Source: the human T2T-CHM13v2.0 reference genome, Homo sapiens
Assembly: GCF_009914755.1 (NCBI RefSeq)
Contig: NC_060947.1
Strand: one strand, 5' to 3'
DNA length: 64,000 bases
Shown piece after piece: positions 62,603-64,000 of this stretch (its first letter is position 1; the number at the start of each line of letters is the position of its first letter). The translations under genes were made by a program, and so were the position numbers. The notes under the pieces were generated by a model. That model had not been told where the DNA came from and ran no database searches. It saw only the letters and a program-made list of their open reading frames with translations.

Positions 62603-63312
62603 TACTTGTGATGTTGTATGGGGGTAGGGGTGTTCTTGGAAAACTCCCAAGTCTCTTCCTGACTATTAGAAGCAAACCTGACTTTCTACATGCCCATCCT
62701 CACAAAATGCCCATATCTAAAAGGTACTTATTTATAGAACATGAGGATATATGTATATCCCCATGCCTGAGTAATGGATAACGAAAAAATGTGGAGAGGG
62801 AGAGATGTGAGGAACACAAAAGGAGGCCGAAAGTTCTGAAAATTTACTCACTGACTTCACGAGATTGTGCTAGGCTGGCCTTGGTGATTGAAGCTTGGAC
62901 CAATTCCCATAAAGGAATATCCTCAAAGCAAGTAATTCTTAACAGACAGTGCTGGGATAAAGGAATCTGTGCTGTGACTTGGAAGCTTCCCTTCTACCAA
63001 CAGGATTTCATGGTTGCCAGAAAGGTAGGCAAAATGTTACTGTAGCAAACTTAATGAGTACATGCTGTGTGTACTTAGGCATAAACATCCAGTCTTCCCT
63101 TGGATGAAGCTGTAATTCATCACAATCACATCCCCTTTATGGATGGGAAATTTTCTCTAGCTTAGAATTTCCTCCTGATGTCTTTCCTTTGTTAGATGAC
63201 AAAAGGAACTGCTGTGGCTTAAGTACCACCTCTCCAGATTGTGCCTGACAAATCATGTGCAAATGAAATCAAATAAACTCCACTGTTACATAAGGCATCA
63301 ACAGGGGGTCAC

Positions 63313-64000
63313 TTTTTAATTTTTATTTTTTGTGGGTACATAGTAGCTGTATATATTTATGGGGTACATTAGATGTTTTGATACAGTCATGAAAGGTATA
63401 ATAATCACATCATGTAAAATTGGGTATCCATCACCTCAAGAATTTATCCTTTGTGTTACAAACAATCCAATTATACTTTTTTAGTTATTTTAGAATGTAC
63501 AATTAAATTATTATTGACTGACATGGTTTGGGTCTGTGTCCGTGCCCAAATTTCATGTCAAATCATATTTCCCAATGTTGGAGGTGGGGCCTGGTGGAAG
63601 GTGATTAAATCACAGGGGCGGATTTCCTCTTCGTGCTGCTCTTGTGATAGTGAGTGAGTGTTTGTGAGATTCGGTTGTTTAAAAGTGTGTAACACCTCCG
63701 CCCCTCACCTTCTCCTGCTCTGACCATGTAAGACATGCCTTCTGCCATGACTGTAAGTTTCCTGAGGTCTCCACAGCCATGCTTCCTGTACAATCTGCAG
63801 AATCATGAGCCAATTAAAACTCTTTGCTTTATAAATTATCCAGTCTCCGGTATCGCTTAATAGCAATGTGAGAACAGTTTAATACCTTGACTACAGTCAC
63901 TCTTTTGTGCTATCAAATAATAGGTCTTATTCATTCTTATTTTTGTCCATACATTAACCATCCCTACCTCTATCCCCACTCCACTCCACTTCTCAGCCTC
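63313..64000 (-). mobile_element. L1MA2-like 3' end, runs off the window, interrupted by an MST LTR
   Basis: tttttgtgggtacatagtagctgtatatatttatggggtaca...caaacaatccaattatac; homologous to 29468-29635. Confidence 0.88.
63519..63886 (+). mobile_element. MST-type (MSTA/B) solo MaLR LTR
   Basis: tgacatggtttgggtctgtgtcc...cccaatgttggaggtggggcctggtgg; TSD TTGAC at 63514-63518 and 63887-63891. Confidence 0.9.

Overview
Primate (human-like) genomic DNA, AT-rich, CpG-depleted and mostly made of transposable-element relics. I found no host protein-coding exon, RNA gene or CRISPR-like array. The long ORFs in the track are fragments of L1 ORF1/ORF2, Alu or MaLR sequence. 1-23 kb is a nested LINE-1 complex: an old L1 is split by a full-length L1PA6/7-like element and a full-length L1PA15/16-like element, and the latter contains a THE1/MST provirus and a truncated L1PA. 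34.9-46.1 kb is a non-coding MER4-group ERV1 provirus with both LTRs, a tRNA-Arg-type PBS and a PPT, invaded by an L1PA, two Alus, a MADE1 and a MER30, and followed by a solo MER4 LTR. 53.9-56.3 kb is a complete THE1 provirus. Alus, Tiggers, MIR/L2 and L1M fragments are scattered elsewhere. I found no new gene system. The most interesting signals are mechanistic: a patchwork of shared non-consensus variants among three neighbouring L1PA copies (probable local gene conversion), a duplicated flank+AluJ module with a candidate TSD, a twin-priming inversion in an old L1MA element, a MADE1 hairpin with a compensatory substitution, and several template-switch scars. Subfamily names come from remembered consensus features and should be confirmed with RepeatMasker/Dfam.
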